Below are positions 29,735-40,600 of a stretch of DNA of 64,000 bases, one piece after another. The stretch is taken from positions 5,184,001 to 5,248,000 of the forward strand of contig OY970166.1 of NCBI GenBank assembly GCA_963706595.1, written 5' to 3'. The notes below the pieces were generated by a model. It worked only from the letters and a program-made list of their open reading frames with translations, searched no databases and was not told the DNA's origin. Position 1 is the stretch's first letter. Every line of letters starts with the position of its first letter. The position numbers and the translations under genes were made by a program. This stretch comes from an uncultured cyanobacterium. Lineage in GTDB: Bacteria > Cyanobacteriota > Cyanobacteriia > Cyanobacteriales > Nostocaceae.

Positions 29735-30304
29735 ATGATATTAGAAGAAATTGCGGGTACGCTGGCAAAATTATTTGATCCGGCAGAAGTGAAAGCGATC
29801 GCACCTGGATCGTGGCAAGTAGACACCGCTAGTTTTCGGCTGTTGGTACTGCTTTCTGAGGATAATAGTTGGTTACGAATTCTACTCCCCATTGTCCCCA
29901 TAGTCGAAGCCCAACCGTTTTTAGCACAGTTTTTAGAAGCCAACTTTGATGACACCCAAGAAGTCCGCTATGCCTTATTTGATGGCGTGGTTTGGGCAGT
30001 GTATCAACACAATAGTGAAACTTTGGTTAGCGCAGATTTTACCAGTGCGATCGCGCGACTAGTATCTTTATACGAAGCTGGTTTAGATAATGTCTTCAAT
30101 CGTCTGATTGAAAGTCGCATCCGGCAAATTATCCTGACAGCAAAACAGCAAGGACAATCTCTCGCAGCTACCATGCAAAATCTCGACCGTTTTTATGCAG
30201 AAGGATTGTTAGGAGAAATTGACCAAACCTCAGCAGCCAGAGAACGAGTATTAACAGCTTGGCAGCGTCAGTTAGAGCGATTATGGCACGAAATCGAGAT
30301 TTAA
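29735..30304 (+). CDS. YbjN/CesT-like chaperone-fold protein
   Basis: WLRILLPI, LEANFD....RYAL motif. Confidence 0.6.
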   Translation: MILEEIAGTLAKLFDPAEVKAIAPGSWQVDTASFRLLVLLSEDNSWLRILLPIVPIVEAQPFLAQFLEANFDDTQEVRYALFDGVVWAVYQHNSETLVSADFTSAIARLVSLYEAGLDNVFNRLIESRIRQIILTAKQQGQSLAATMQNLDRFYAEGLLGEIDQTSAARERVLTAWQRQLERLWHEIEI

Positions 30305-30368
30305 CTGCCATAAAATCCCAATTTATTTGTGCTTTTTAATATCTGACCCCAAACATATTTAGAGATAT

Positions 30369-30746
30369 ATGGATATCATTGAAATCCTCAAAGAAGACTA
30401 TCACAGGTTTCCTGAAAATCAAACATACAGCATTTACGCCGAAGACGTTTATTTTCAAGACCCATTAACTAAATTTCGGGGAATTAAACGCTATCAGCAG
30501 ATGATTAAATTCATCCAGACATGGTTTATCAATCCTCAAATGGACGTACATGATATCCAACATTTAGGAGACACCATAAAAACAGAGTGGACACTTAGCT
30601 GGAATACACCCGTCCCTTGGAAACCCCGCATATCTATCTCCGGGTGGAGTGAATTAAGTCTTAACTCTGCTAGTTTAATTATTTCCCACATCGATTATTG
30701 GCATTGTTCACCCCTAGACGTAATTAAACAGCATTTTTCACTCTAG
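30369..30746 (+). CDS. DUF2358 (NTF2/SnoaL-like) protein
   Basis: IYAEDVYFQDP..FRG..RY, W.PRI...G.S, HIDYW. Confidence 0.85.
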   Translation: MDIIEILKEDYHRFPENQTYSIYAEDVYFQDPLTKFRGIKRYQQMIKFIQTWFINPQMDVHDIQHLGDTIKTEWTLSWNTPVPWKPRISISGWSELSLNSASLIISHIDYWHCSPLDVIKQHFSL

Positions 30747-30970
30747 CTGCTCAAATTTAGTCGAAAGGCAGTTTCTTTCTAGCGAGATGCTGACGCGATC
30801 GCCTTTCGGCAGAGTTTTGTTAAAGTGATATGATCCACAAAATGCCACAAAGCTTGTCTAAATTAAACAAAACACTTGATGATATTGTTGAAAATAGCGG
30901 GTAAATTAAGGAGGTTTATCTGAACAGCGATCGCTCAGAATTATACAATTCACAAAAGCAGTTTTCTGAA

Positions 30971-33900
30971 GTGGCTTCAGCAGCATTCCCTATAGGCGAT
31001 AAGTCTGTAGAAGAACGGCTAACAGTCATTTGGGAAAATATGGCTGAAGCATTTATGGAGATAGATACAGGGTGGCGTGTTACCTCTGCAAATCATCAAG
31101 CAAAACAGCTTTTCAATGAAAACACCGCGGATTTATCCAGCAAACTGTTGTGGGATGTATTTCCCGTAGAGAAGACAACTCAGTTGTATCAACAGTGTCA
31201 TCAAGTAATTATTAGCAAAAACCCCGTTGAATTTGAGGAATTTTACCCGGCGTTAAATCGATGGTTGAAGGTGCGGCTTTGTCCGACTGGAAATAGTCTA
31301 CTGGCATATTTTCTTGATATTACAGAACGAAAAGAATTAGAAATAACACTGCGCCAAAAACAAGATTTTCTCACAGTCCTGCTGGATAACGTTCAAGCCG
31401 GCATTGTCGCTTGCGATGCCGAGGGACGATTACAGTTATTTAACAAAACAGCGCAATCATTGCATGGATTGTCTGAACAACCGCTTTTTCCCGAAGAATG
31501 GGCAGAAAATTATGATTTGTATCTGCCGGATGGAAAAACGCTCATGGAAACAGCCGACATTCCCTTGTTTCGGGCATTGCAAGGGCAGCAGGTTGATAAT
31601 GTCGAAATGGTCATTAAACCCAAGCAAGGAATAACACGCATCCTCACCGCCAATGCTCAAGCAATCGTCAATTTGCATGGTCAAAAACAGGGTGCAGTGG
31701 TAGTAATGCACGATATCACCGAGCGCAAACAAGCTGAAGAAGCGCTCCGCAAAACTGAGCAACGTTACCGCTCAGTAGTGAATAATATCAAAGAAGTCAT
31801 CTTTCAAATCGATGCCGTGGGGTTATGGACATTTCTTAACCCTGCTTGGGCGGAAATTACTGGATTTTCAGTTGAGGAAAGTATCGGGATTCATTTTTTA
31901 ACCTACGTGCATCCCGATGATCGGCAGCATAATTTAGAACTCTTTCAATCTTTTATTCAAAGCCAAAAAGATGAATGCCATCATGAAATTCGTTACCTGA
32001 CGAAAAGTGGAGGGTTTCGTTGGATTGAGGTATTAGCCCGCTTGAGCTTAGAAGACGATGGTACAATCCTGGGGACTTCAGGAACATTAAGCGACATTAC
32101 CGAACGCAAACAAGCTGAGGAAAAACGAGTGCAACTGGCGCGGGAGCAAGTAGCCCGTGCAGTCGTAGAAGTGGCACACCAACAGTCGGCTTTTTTAGCA
32201 GAAATCAGTGCTGTGCTGGCATCTTCCTTAGATTATCAACAAACGCTTCAGAGCATTGCTAATTTAGTTGTACCCTACTTTGCCGACTGGTGTTGTGTTG
32301 ATTTGCTCAATGATGATCACACCATTAGCCGTGTTGCTGTTGCTCATGATGATGCGGAAAAGGTGGGATTAGGATGGGAAGTGATGCAACTCTATCCCAG
32401 ATATTTAGATGATGGCTATGGCATTTCTCAGGTGATGAAAACTGGGCAAAGTCAAATTGCAGTAGAAATTACGGATGAGCAGTTAGTAGCGACCATTCAA
32501 GATCCTAAATACTTGCAACTCTTACGCGAACTGGGCTTAAAATCGTGCATTATTGCGCCTTTAAAAGCACGGGAACGAGTTTTTGGCAGCATTTCCTTCG
32601 TCTTCACCAAGTCTGATCGCCACTACAGCATGACGGATTTGACCTTGGCTGAAGATTTAACTCGTCGAGCTGCAAACGCCATTGATAATGCTGGCCTTTA
32701 TCAACAAGCACAGCAAGCAAGGCAAGCCGCCGAAAAAGCCGCAGACCGCACTGCTAGGTTGCAAACCGTCACAGCCGCCCTTTCCGAATCTCTCACACCC
32801 TTGCAAGTTGCAGAGGTCATTGTCGAACAAAGTATGGCAGTTTTGGCAGCGACTTCGGCAATGATAGTTTTGGTGAGCAAAGATAGAAAAGAATTAGAAA
32901 TAGTCAAAGCTGTGGGTTTTAATGCCGATTTACTGGAATCCTGGCGCAAATTTTCTATTAATTCCGCTACCCCCTTAGCAGAAGCCATTAGAACTGAAGC
33001 ACCTGTGTGGTTAGAATCTTCAGCCGAGAGAATCGCGCGTTATCCTCACTTAGCTGAAGTTTACGACCCATACGATTTCAAATCATGGGTATCGCTTCCT
33101 CTTGTGACTGAGGGTAAGTCTGTGGGCGGAATGTCGCTGAATTTTGCTGAATTTAAACACCTAAGTCAGGACGACCGCGAATTTATTTTGGCATTATGCC
33201 GTCAATGCGCTCAAGCAATTGCCCGATCGCAATTGTATGAAGCAGAACGCCAAGCTAGAGCCGAGGCGGAACAAGCGAACCGCATTAAAGATGAGTTTTT
33301 GGCTGTGCTTTCCCACGAATTGCGATCGCCTCTCAATCCCATTCTAGGTTGGACAAAAATCCTGCGAACGAAGCGCTTAGATGCCGCCAAAACCGCACAA
33401 GCCTTAGAAACTATCGAACGCAATACCAAGTTACAAGCGCAATTAATTGAAGACTTATTAGATGTTTCACGCATCCTCCAAGGCAAAATGACGTTAAACG
33501 TCGCTCCAGTTAATTTAGCTGCAACCATTAAAGCCGCCCTAGAAACAGTACAACTGGCAGCAGACGTGAAGAACATTCACATCCACACCCAACTTAATCT
33601 GGCTGCTGGAACTGTTTCCGGCGATAGCAACCGCTTACAACAGGTTGTCTGGAACTTAGTCTCTAACGCCGTCAAGTTCACACCATCGGGAGGACGCGTG
33701 GAAGTGCAACTAAAGCAGGTGGGGATGTATGCTCAAATCCAAGTCAAAGACAATGGTAAAGGTATCACTCCAGAGTTTTTACCTTATGTGTTTGAATACT
33801 TCCGCCAAGAAGATGGCGCAACCACCCGAAAATTCGGTGGATTAGGATTGGGGCTGGCAATTGTCCGCAATTTAACGGAACTGCATGGAGGAACCGTTCA

Positions 33901-34408
33901 CGCAGATAGTCCGGGGGAAAATTTAGGGACAACATTCACCGTCAGGTTGCCTTTAAAAGTTGTTGAGCAGGAGCTATCTTGTGATCATAGTCATTTAGAA
34001 AATGTCATCAACCTCACAGGTATGCAGATATTGGTTGTGGATGATGACCCAGATATGCGTGAGTTAGTAGAATTCATCCTCATACAAGCTGGCGCACAAG
34101 TGACTACAGCCGCTTCTGCATTACAGGCATTAACCCTCTTAAATCAATCTATCCCTGATGTGCTGCTGTCTGACATCGGGATGCCAGAAATGGATGGCTA
34201 TTCTCTGATGCGGCAAATTAGAAAATACTCACCCGCAGAAGGAGGAACTATCCCCGCGATCGCTCTCTCTGCTTATGCCGGTGAAATTAACCAACAACAA
34301 GCACTCCAAGCCGGATTTCAACAGCATATTTCCAAACCCATCGAACCCGACGAGTTAATTAGGGCAATTGCAATGTTAATTGCAAAACAAGTAAGTCATC
34401 GTAAATAA
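30971..34408 (+). CDS. Hybrid histidine kinase (3 PAS, 2 GAF, HisKA, HATPase, REC)
   Basis: Three DITERK PAS ends, two GAF domains, LSHELRSPL, GGLGLGL, VVDD...SDIGMP...KP. Confidence 0.93.
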   Translation: MASAAFPIGDKSVEERLTVIWENMAEAFMEIDTGWRVTSANHQAKQLFNENTADLSSKLLWDVFPVEKTTQLYQQCHQVIISKNPVEFEEFYPALNRWLKVRLCPTGNSLLAYFLDITERKELEITLRQKQDFLTVLLDNVQAGIVACDAEGRLQLFNKTAQSLHGLSEQPLFPEEWAENYDLYLPDGKTLMETADIPLFRALQGQQVDNVEMVIKPKQGITRILTANAQAIVNLHGQKQGAVVVMHDITERKQAEEALRKTEQRYRSVVNNIKEVIFQIDAVGLWTFLNPAWAEITGFSVEESIGIHFLTYVHPDDRQHNLELFQSFIQSQKDECHHEIRYLTKSGGFRWIEVLARLSLEDDGTILGTSGTLSDITERKQAEEKRVQLAREQVARAVVEVAHQQSAFLAEISAVLASSLDYQQTLQSIANLVVPYFADWCCVDLLNDDHTISRVAVAHDDAEKVGLGWEVMQLYPRYLDDGYGISQVMKTGQSQIAVEITDEQLVATIQDPKYLQLLRELGLKSCIIAPLKARERVFGSISFVFTKSDRHYSMTDLTLAEDLTRRAANAIDNAGLYQQAQQARQAAEKAADRTARLQTVTAALSESLTPLQVAEVIVEQSMAVLAATSAMIVLVSKDRKELEIVKAVGFNADLLESWRKFSINSATPLAEAIRTEAPVWLESSAERIARYPHLAEVYDPYDFKSWVSLPLVTEGKSVGGMSLNFAEFKHLSQDDREFILALCRQCAQAIARSQLYEAERQARAEAEQANRIKDEFLAVLSHELRSPLNPILGWTKILRTKRLDAAKTAQALETIERNTKLQAQLIEDLLDVSRILQGKMTLNVAPVNLAATIKAALETVQLAADVKNIHIHTQLNLAAGTVSGDSNRLQQVVWNLVSNAVKFTPSGGRVEVQLKQVGMYAQIQVKDNGKGITPEFLPYVFEYFRQEDGATTRKFGGLGLGLAIVRNLTELHGGTVHADSPGENLGTTFTVRLPLKVVEQELSCDHSHLENVINLTGMQILVVDDDPDMRELVEFILIQAGAQVTTAASALQALTLLNQSIPDVLLSDIGMPEMDGYSLMRQIRKYSPAEGGTIPAIALSAYAGEINQQQALQAGFQQHISKPIEPDELIRAIAMLIAKQVSHRK

Positions 34409-34641
34409 TTAAAGGTTTGTAGTCAGGACTTTAGTCCTGAATTAAGGGCTGAGAGCAATTACTACGAGCTAAATTACGATATTTTTACATTACTTCACAT
34501 AGTCAGCTTTATTCTCGCCAACTTACTTAAACAAAATGAACTGTTCAGGTGGAATTATCCCCCCTGCCCCCTGCCCCCTGCCCCCCTGCCTCTTTTTCAC
34601 GGTCTTGTCAGAAGAACATTTATTTTCTGCAAACAGTTCAT

Positions 34642-34659
34642 AATGTAAATAAATGTAAA
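34642..34659 (-). promoter_or_regulatory. HLR1-like (RpaB) direct repeat upstream of the ArsA/Get3 gene
   Basis: Minus strand TTTACATT-TA-TTTACATT matches (G/T)TTACA(T/A)(T/A)-N2 repeat. Confidence 0.6.
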
Positions 34660-34686
34660 TAATCCTGAGACAGGACGTAAGCATCC

Positions 34687-35874
34687 ATGCGTGTAATTTT
34701 GATGACAGGCAAAGGCGGCGTAGGCAAAACCTCCGTTGCTGCCGCTACTGGACTCCGTTGTGCAGAACTAGGCTACCGCACACTGGTTTTGAGTACAGAT
34801 CCTGCTCACTCTTTGGCAGATAGTTTCGACTTAGAAATGGGACACGCACCGCGAGAAATTCGCCCCAATTTATGGGGTGCAGAACTCGATGCGCTGCAAG
34901 AACTAGAGGGAAATTGGGGTGCGGTGAAGCGTTACATCACCCAAGTTTTACAAGCCAGGGGTTTAGAAGGAGTGCAAGCCGAAGAATTAGCCATCTTACC
35001 CGGTATGGATGAGATTTTCGGCTTGGTCAGGATGAAACGCCACTACGATGAAGGCGAGTTTGATGTTTTGATTATCGACTCAGCACCAACCGGCACCGCA
35101 TTACGCTTGCTGAGTTTACCTGAAGTGGGCGGCTGGTATATGCGCCGTTTTTACAAGCCATTTCAAAATATCTCGGTAGCACTACGGCCGTTGGTGGAAC
35201 CTTTCTTTAAACCCATTGCCGGTTTTTCGCTCCCAGATAAAGAGGTGATGGATGCACCTTATGAATTTTATGAGCAAATTGAAGCCCTGGAAAAAGTATT
35301 AAGTGATAATACTCAAACCTCAGTGCGTCTGGTAACAAATCCCGAAAAGATGGTAATTAAAGAATCTCTCCGCGCCCATGCTTATCTAAGTTTATATAAT
35401 GTGGCTACGGATTTAGTGATTGCTAATCGCATCATTCCCCAGGAAGTCCAAGATCCCTTTTTCCAACGTTGGAAGGAAAGCCAGGAGCAATATCGCCAGG
35501 AAATACATGACAACTTTATGCCTCTACCTGTCAAAGAAGTGCCGCTTTTTTCTGAGGAAATGTGTGGTTTAGCCGCCTTAGAACGTCTGAAAGAAACTCT
35601 TTACAAAGATGAAGACCCAACTCAGGTATATCACAAAGAAACAACTATGAGAGTTGTGCAAGTGGACAAGCAATATAGTTTGGAGATTTACTTACCTGGG
35701 ATTGCCAAAGACAAAATTCAACTGAGTAAAAATGGTGATGAATTAAATATTACGATTGGTAATCATCGCCGGAATTTAGTTTTGCCACAAGCTTTGGCTG
35801 CATTACAACCAGGAGGAGCTAAGATGGAAGATGACTATCTGAAAATTCGCTTTACTGACTATGTAAAAGTTTAA
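34687..35874 (+). CDS. ArsA/Get3 family ATPase with C-terminal HSP20-like domain
   Basis: [23 protein letters not shown]-terminal alpha-crystallin-like region. Confidence 0.9.
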   Translation: MRVILMTGKGGVGKTSVAAATGLRCAELGYRTLVLSTDPAHSLADSFDLEMGHAPREIRPNLWGAELDALQELEGNWGAVKRYITQVLQARGLEGVQAEELAILPGMDEIFGLVRMKRHYDEGEFDVLIIDSAPTGTALRLLSLPEVGGWYMRRFYKPFQNISVALRPLVEPFFKPIAGFSLPDKEVMDAPYEFYEQIEALEKVLSDNTQTSVRLVTNPEKMVIKESLRAHAYLSLYNVATDLVIANRIIPQEVQDPFFQRWKESQEQYRQEIHDNFMPLPVKEVPLFSEEMCGLAALERLKETLYKDEDPTQVYHKETTMRVVQVDKQYSLEIYLPGIAKDKIQLSKNGDELNITIGNHRRNLVLPQALAALQPGGAKMEDDYLKIRFTDYVKV

Positions 35875-36127
35875 TTTTACTGCTGAGTTAAAGTGCAGTT
35901 AAATGGTCAAAAGTAGAGATTTTTAAATAATCTAGTCTCTACTTTTGAGCAATACTTCCTTAGCGGTACAAGCCCCCAGATTTATCTTTGGGGCAAATCC
36001 CTTCGGGTTCAGCTTTGCCCGTAGTTACACTGTGGACAAAACTATCAAATAAATTTCAAAATAAAATATTTCTATATTTATGCCTGTCTCATTATTGATT
36101 TTTGGGAAATTTATTTAATAAAACGCA

Positions 36128-38881
36128 ATGTCACAGTTCGCTAAACCAAATTTTAGGAAAAGTATTGATCAAGAAAGTTTGCTGCGCCGCATTACAAATC
36201 GTATCCGCCAAACATTAGAACTAGAAGAAATCATCACAGCGACAACGGCGGAAGTCTGTTCGTTACTGGGAACCGACCGAGTAATGATTTACAAATTTCA
36301 TGCCGATGGTAGTGGTCAAGTTATTTCTGAGTCGATTCATGAGAACCGATTACCGTCATTGCTGGGGCTAAATTTTCCAGATGATGACATTCCGCCCCAT
36401 GCCCGTGAGTTATTTATGACATCAAGGGTGCGCTCTATTGTCAATGTGGAAACACAACAGATTGGTGAAAGTTCCCTGCAAGAGTTGGAAAATGGGGAAA
36501 ATTTAGCCCAGGATATCCGTTATCGCCCTGTAGATCCCTGTCATGTAGAATACTTAACGGCAATGGGGGTGAAGTCTTCTTTGGTAGCGCCTATTTTCTA
36601 TCAAGATCAACTGTGGGGGCTATTGGCTGCTCATAATTCTGAGCCATCTGATATTTCCGAAGATGAATTGACAGCTGTGCAGATGGTAGTAGATCAGCTT
36701 TCGATCGCGATCGCTCAAAGTAATCTTTTGACTCAAGCTCGTGAAAAAGCCGAACGGGAAAAAATTATCAACCGTATTTCTACTCTACTACATTCACTGC
36801 CCACAATTATCTTCCAGCCAGCATTAGAAGCAGCTGTTGCGGCCTTTAATGGCTGTGGTGGTCGGCTGTGTATGAAAGATCAAGCTTTGAACCTCCACAA
36901 TGAGCCACCTACCAATTTAACAGAATGCTTAATGCCTAAAAGTAATGGTGTCCAAGTTTATACCTACGGACAACAACCTCTCATCCCAACGCAAAGTGTA
37001 TATCCACTCATGGAGCAGTACAGTGTTTGGCAGGAACATTACAAGTCTGGTCAATACGATGCTTGGGCAATTTCCGATATATATCAAATTCCCCACTTAC
37101 GCAGTTTGCAAGTTGCTTTTAAACCAACTAAAATTCGCAGTATCTTGATGATTCCTTTGAAATATCGTCAGCAGTTAGTCGGCTACTTAAGTATTTTCCG
37201 CGAGGAAATAGACACAGAAACTCTGTGGGCTGGTCAATTTGACCTCGATGAAAGACAAGTATATCCCCGGCTCTCCTTTGACGTTTGGCGGGAATCGAAA
37301 AAGGCACAAGCTCAGACATGGACTGAAGCTGAGATTGCACTAGCTGGAGATATTGGTGATCTGTTTGCATCGGCAATTCAACAGCATGAACTATACCAAC
37401 AGGTACAAGCTTTCAATGCCAACTTAGAACATGAAGTGCAGAAGCGCACTCTGCAACTGCAACGGACATCTGAACAACAACGGGTATTATTTGAAGTTGT
37501 GGCTAAAATCCGGGAATCTCTGGATATCAAAGCAATTTTTCAGACAACGACCCAGGAACTTTGCAAATCGCTGCAAGCAGATCGGGTGGCTGTCTACCGC
37601 TTTCACCCAAATTGGAGTGGTGAGTTTATGGCTGAGTTTGTCGGTGAGGAATGGATAAAGCTGGTAACGGTGGATGTGAATACAGTTTGGCAAGATTCCT
37701 ATTTGCAAGAAACTGAGGGTGGGCGATATCGCTACAATGAAACCTTGGCAGTGGATGATATTTATCAAGCTGGCCATTCTCAATGTCATATTGCATTTTT
37801 AGAGCAACTTCAGGCTAAAGCTTATGCGATCGCCCCAATTTTTATTGGGCAACAACTTTGGGGCTTGCTAGCAGCATATCAAAACGCTGCACCTCGTCAC
37901 TGGGAATCTGCGGAAATTCAGTTCATTGCTCAAATTGCCTTGCAGCTGGGAGTAGCACTGCAACAAGCTGAATTGCTCAAACAAAGCCAAGAACAGGCAG
38001 AGCAGCTAGTGCAAGCTCTGCGAAATTTACAACAAACTCAAAGCCAACTTATCCAAACTGAAAAAATGTCCAGTTTGGGTCAATTGGTTGCGGGTGTGGC
38101 TCACGAAATCAACAACCCAGTTAATTTTATCTATGGCAATTTAGCCCATGTCGATGAATATGCTGAAGATTTAGTTAGTATGTTAGAACTCTATCAGCAG
38201 CACTGCCCTCAGCCCAGTCAGGAAATTATCAATCGGGCGGAAGAAATTGACTTAGAATTTATTAGCGAGGATTTTCCCAAAACTTTATCTTCGATGAAAA
38301 TTGGGGTTGATCGCATCCGTCAGATTGTCATGTCTTTACGAAATTTCTCGCGACTAGATCAGGCAGAAATGAAAGCTGTGAATATTCACGAGGGCATTGA
38401 TAGCACTCTGCTAATTTTACAGCATCGTTTGAAAGCATTACCCGAAGTTCCCAATATTCAAATAATTAAAGAATACGGCGATTTACCACTGGTAGAATGT
38501 TATGCCGGACAAATTAATCAAGTATTTATGAATGTTTTAAGCAATGCCATTGATGCTTTAGAACATGAGAAAAAGTCTACATCAGAGGAGGTTAATCCTG
38601 GTCAAATTAGCATTCATACTGCTGTTAGTGAATTTGAGAATAAAGTACAAAGTGTGGTGATTCGCATTACCGACAATGGCGCAGGAATCCCCGAATCTGT
38701 GCAGCAAAGAGTATTTGACCCATTTTTTACCACTAAACCAGTAGGAAAAGGTACTGGTTTGGGGTTATCGATTAGTTACCAAATTGTGGTGGAAAAGCAT
38801 CACGGGATTTTTAAATGTAATTCTCAATCCAATTTAGGCACAGAATTCTGGATTGAAATTCCTGTTTCTCATATTAGATGA
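36128..38881 (+). CDS. aphC: Knotless phytochrome / cyanobacteriochrome histidine kinase (AphC-like)
   Basis: GAF1 DIPPHAR and PVDPCH (bilin Cys); GAF2 with PRLSF tongue; GAF3 WQDSYLQE and QCH (CBCR type); H-box AHEINNP. Confidence 0.8.
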   Translation: MSQFAKPNFRKSIDQESLLRRITNRIRQTLELEEIITATTAEVCSLLGTDRVMIYKFHADGSGQVISESIHENRLPSLLGLNFPDDDIPPHARELFMTSRVRSIVNVETQQIGESSLQELENGENLAQDIRYRPVDPCHVEYLTAMGVKSSLVAPIFYQDQLWGLLAAHNSEPSDISEDELTAVQMVVDQLSIAIAQSNLLTQAREKAEREKIINRISTLLHSLPTIIFQPALEAAVAAFNGCGGRLCMKDQALNLHNEPPTNLTECLMPKSNGVQVYTYGQQPLIPTQSVYPLMEQYSVWQEHYKSGQYDAWAISDIYQIPHLRSLQVAFKPTKIRSILMIPLKYRQQLVGYLSIFREEIDTETLWAGQFDLDERQVYPRLSFDVWRESKKAQAQTWTEAEIALAGDIGDLFASAIQQHELYQQVQAFNANLEHEVQKRTLQLQRTSEQQRVLFEVVAKIRESLDIKAIFQTTTQELCKSLQADRVAVYRFHPNWSGEFMAEFVGEEWIKLVTVDVNTVWQDSYLQETEGGRYRYNETLAVDDIYQAGHSQCHIAFLEQLQAKAYAIAPIFIGQQLWGLLAAYQNAAPRHWESAEIQFIAQIALQLGVALQQAELLKQSQEQAEQLVQALRNLQQTQSQLIQTEKMSSLGQLVAGVAHEINNPVNFIYGNLAHVDEYAEDLVSMLELYQQHCPQPSQEIINRAEEIDLEFISEDFPKTLSSMKIGVDRIRQIVMSLRNFSRLDQAEMKAVNIHEGIDSTLLILQHRLKALPEVPNIQIIKEYGDLPLVECYAGQINQVFMNVLSNAIDALEHEKKSTSEEVNPGQISIHTAVSEFENKVQSVVIRITDNGAGIPESVQQRVFDPFFTTKPVGKGTGLGLSISYQIVVEKHHGIFKCNSQSNLGTEFWIEIPVSHIR

Positions 38882-38924
38882 AAGTGCTGAGTGCTGAGTG
38901 AAGAAAGTTTTGAGTAAGTTTCTT

Positions 38925-39068
38925 TCCCCCCCGCTCCCTGCTCCCTGCCCCCCTGCCTCTTCTCCCTGCCCCCTGCTCCCTGCCCCCCTGCCTCTTCTCC
39001 CTTGCCCCCCTGCCTCTTCTCCCTTGCCCCCCTGCCTCTTCTCCCCTGCCTCTTCTCCCTTGCCTCTT
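38925..39068. repeat. STRR-type (CCCCTGC/CTCCCTG) pyrimidine-rich array
   Basis: Degenerate heptamer tandem repeats between the convergent aphC and dnaN. Confidence 0.8.
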
Positions 39069-39069
39069 T

Positions 39070-40239
39070 TTAGCTTCTCAGTTGCACGGGCATAGCTAAA
39101 TAGGTCATTTTCAAACCTCCCAAGGGTGTAAAAATTACTGGAGTTAGGGCTTGATTGAGGTGGATTTGAATTTCTGAGGATGGTAATTCTTTCAACCCTT
39201 CCATTAAATATTTAATATTAAAGGCAATTTCTATATCTTCCCCTGATATTTGTGCAGGAATTGACTCTCTACCGCTACCCACATCTTGCGCTTCACAGGA
39301 TAAGGTGATTTCCTGGGCGGCGCTGTTAATGCTAACTTTGACAATATTATTTTTTTGGTCAGCTAGCACGGCGATGCGCTCTAAAGTGCTAATTAGTTGT
39401 TTGCGTTCGATTGTTAATTGGCGCTCAAATTGGCGGGGAATTAGTTGGCGGTAAGCGGGATATTGACCATCTAAGGTGCGGCTGGTTAAGCGTTGATTTT
39501 GCCATGCAAATACAACTTGACCTTGATCTAAATATAAGGCGATCGCTTCATCAGAAGCAGCATTATGAGCCAACATCCGTTGTAGTTCCCGTAAGGCTCT
39601 CGCTGGAACTGTCACCTCTAGTTGATCACTATTGTCCAAAGGACGCTCGTTAGTTGTTTCTACTACTGCTAGGCGGTGTCCATCGGTAGCGGCAAATTCT
39701 AGAGTATCTTGTTTAACAGTTAAATGCACTCCGGTTAATACTTGCTTGGTTTCATCGCCACTGGTAGCAAATAATGAACCGCGTAATCCTTCAATTAATG
39801 CGGCTGTGGTGAGTTGAATTGGTTCAGCATTTTCAATCATGGGGAGTTCGGGGAACTCTTCAGCGCTCATGGCTCGGACTTGATAATGTCCATTCTTGGG
39901 TGTGAGGGTGACAATTAAACCTTCTCCTGTGGCTGTGTCTGAGTCTAGGGCTGATTCATCGTCTAAAGTAACTTCTCCTTCTTGAAGACGTGAGGTGATG
40001 TCTACAAGTAGTTTAGCGGGGAGAGCGATCGCTCCTCCTTCTATTACCTCAGCATTAAAGCTGGTGCGAATACCCAAACTCAGATCAAAAGCAGTTAAAC
40101 TCACTTGATTAGTTTCAGCATCTGCTTGTAGCAGCACATTGGCTAAAACTGGATGAGTTGGGCGTGACGGGACTGCACGACTGACAAGTGAGAGGTTTGT
40201 ACTGAGGTCGCTTTGAGTGCAAACTAATTTCATAAGCAA
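39070..40239 (-). CDS. dnaN: DNA polymerase III beta clamp
   Basis: RPTHPVLANV, AATDGHRL, YPAYRQLIP, YLAMPV. Confidence 0.97.
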   Translation of the reverse strand: MLMKLVCTQSDLSTNLSLVSRAVPSRPTHPVLANVLLQADAETNQVSLTAFDLSLGIRTSFNAEVIEGGAIALPAKLLVDITSRLQEGEVTLDDESALDSDTATGEGLIVTLTPKNGHYQVRAMSAEEFPELPMIENAEPIQLTTAALIEGLRGSLFATSGDETKQVLTGVHLTVKQDTLEFAATDGHRLAVVETTNERPLDNSDQLEVTVPARALRELQRMLAHNAASDEAIALYLDQGQVVFAWQNQRLTSRTLDGQYPAYRQLIPRQFERQLTIERKQLISTLERIAVLADQKNNIVKVSINSAAQEITLSCEAQDVGSGRESIPAQISGEDIEIAFNIKYLMEGLKELPSSEIQIHLNQALTPVIFTPLGGLKMTYLAMPVQLRS

Positions 40240-40259
40240 GTAGGTAGAGGCGGGATTAA

Positions 40260-40540
40260 TCGAATCTGTGGGTTGTTTCTGTTTCTATCAAATCATGAAT
40301 TGTGGAAATTGTGGAAAACTCCCCACAAGTCAGTTCAAAGGATGGTTGAGTAAGTGAATTTCTGTGGAAAACCTGTGGAAAACTCCCCGACTTTTTCCAC
40401 AGGTTAATGATATTTCCCGAAGTTTTCCCCAAAAAATTCTGATTTTTCCACAGATAAATTTAAATTTAATCAGTTTTTATACTTTACTTAATATTCTGTG
40501 TGAACTGTTCAACAATTATGGCAGTGATGGCTGGGGAAAA
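40260..40540. other. Chromosomal replication origin oriC
   Basis: TTTTCCACA-type DnaA boxes at 40310, 40363, 40374 (reverse) and 40393, 40444 (forward); variants at 40301, 40319, 40423; AT-rich tract from about 40453; lies between dnaA and dnaN. Confidence 0.88.
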
Positions 40541-40600
40541 CAATTTTTTGCTGGACAGAGGATTTGGGGGAACAGCTAGCGCCACAAGGCGGACGATAAT

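Noticed and set aside
34687..35874. Arsenic resistance operon
   Set aside because: Single-domain ArsA/Get3 with an HSP20 tail; no arsB, arsC, arsR or arsD nearby
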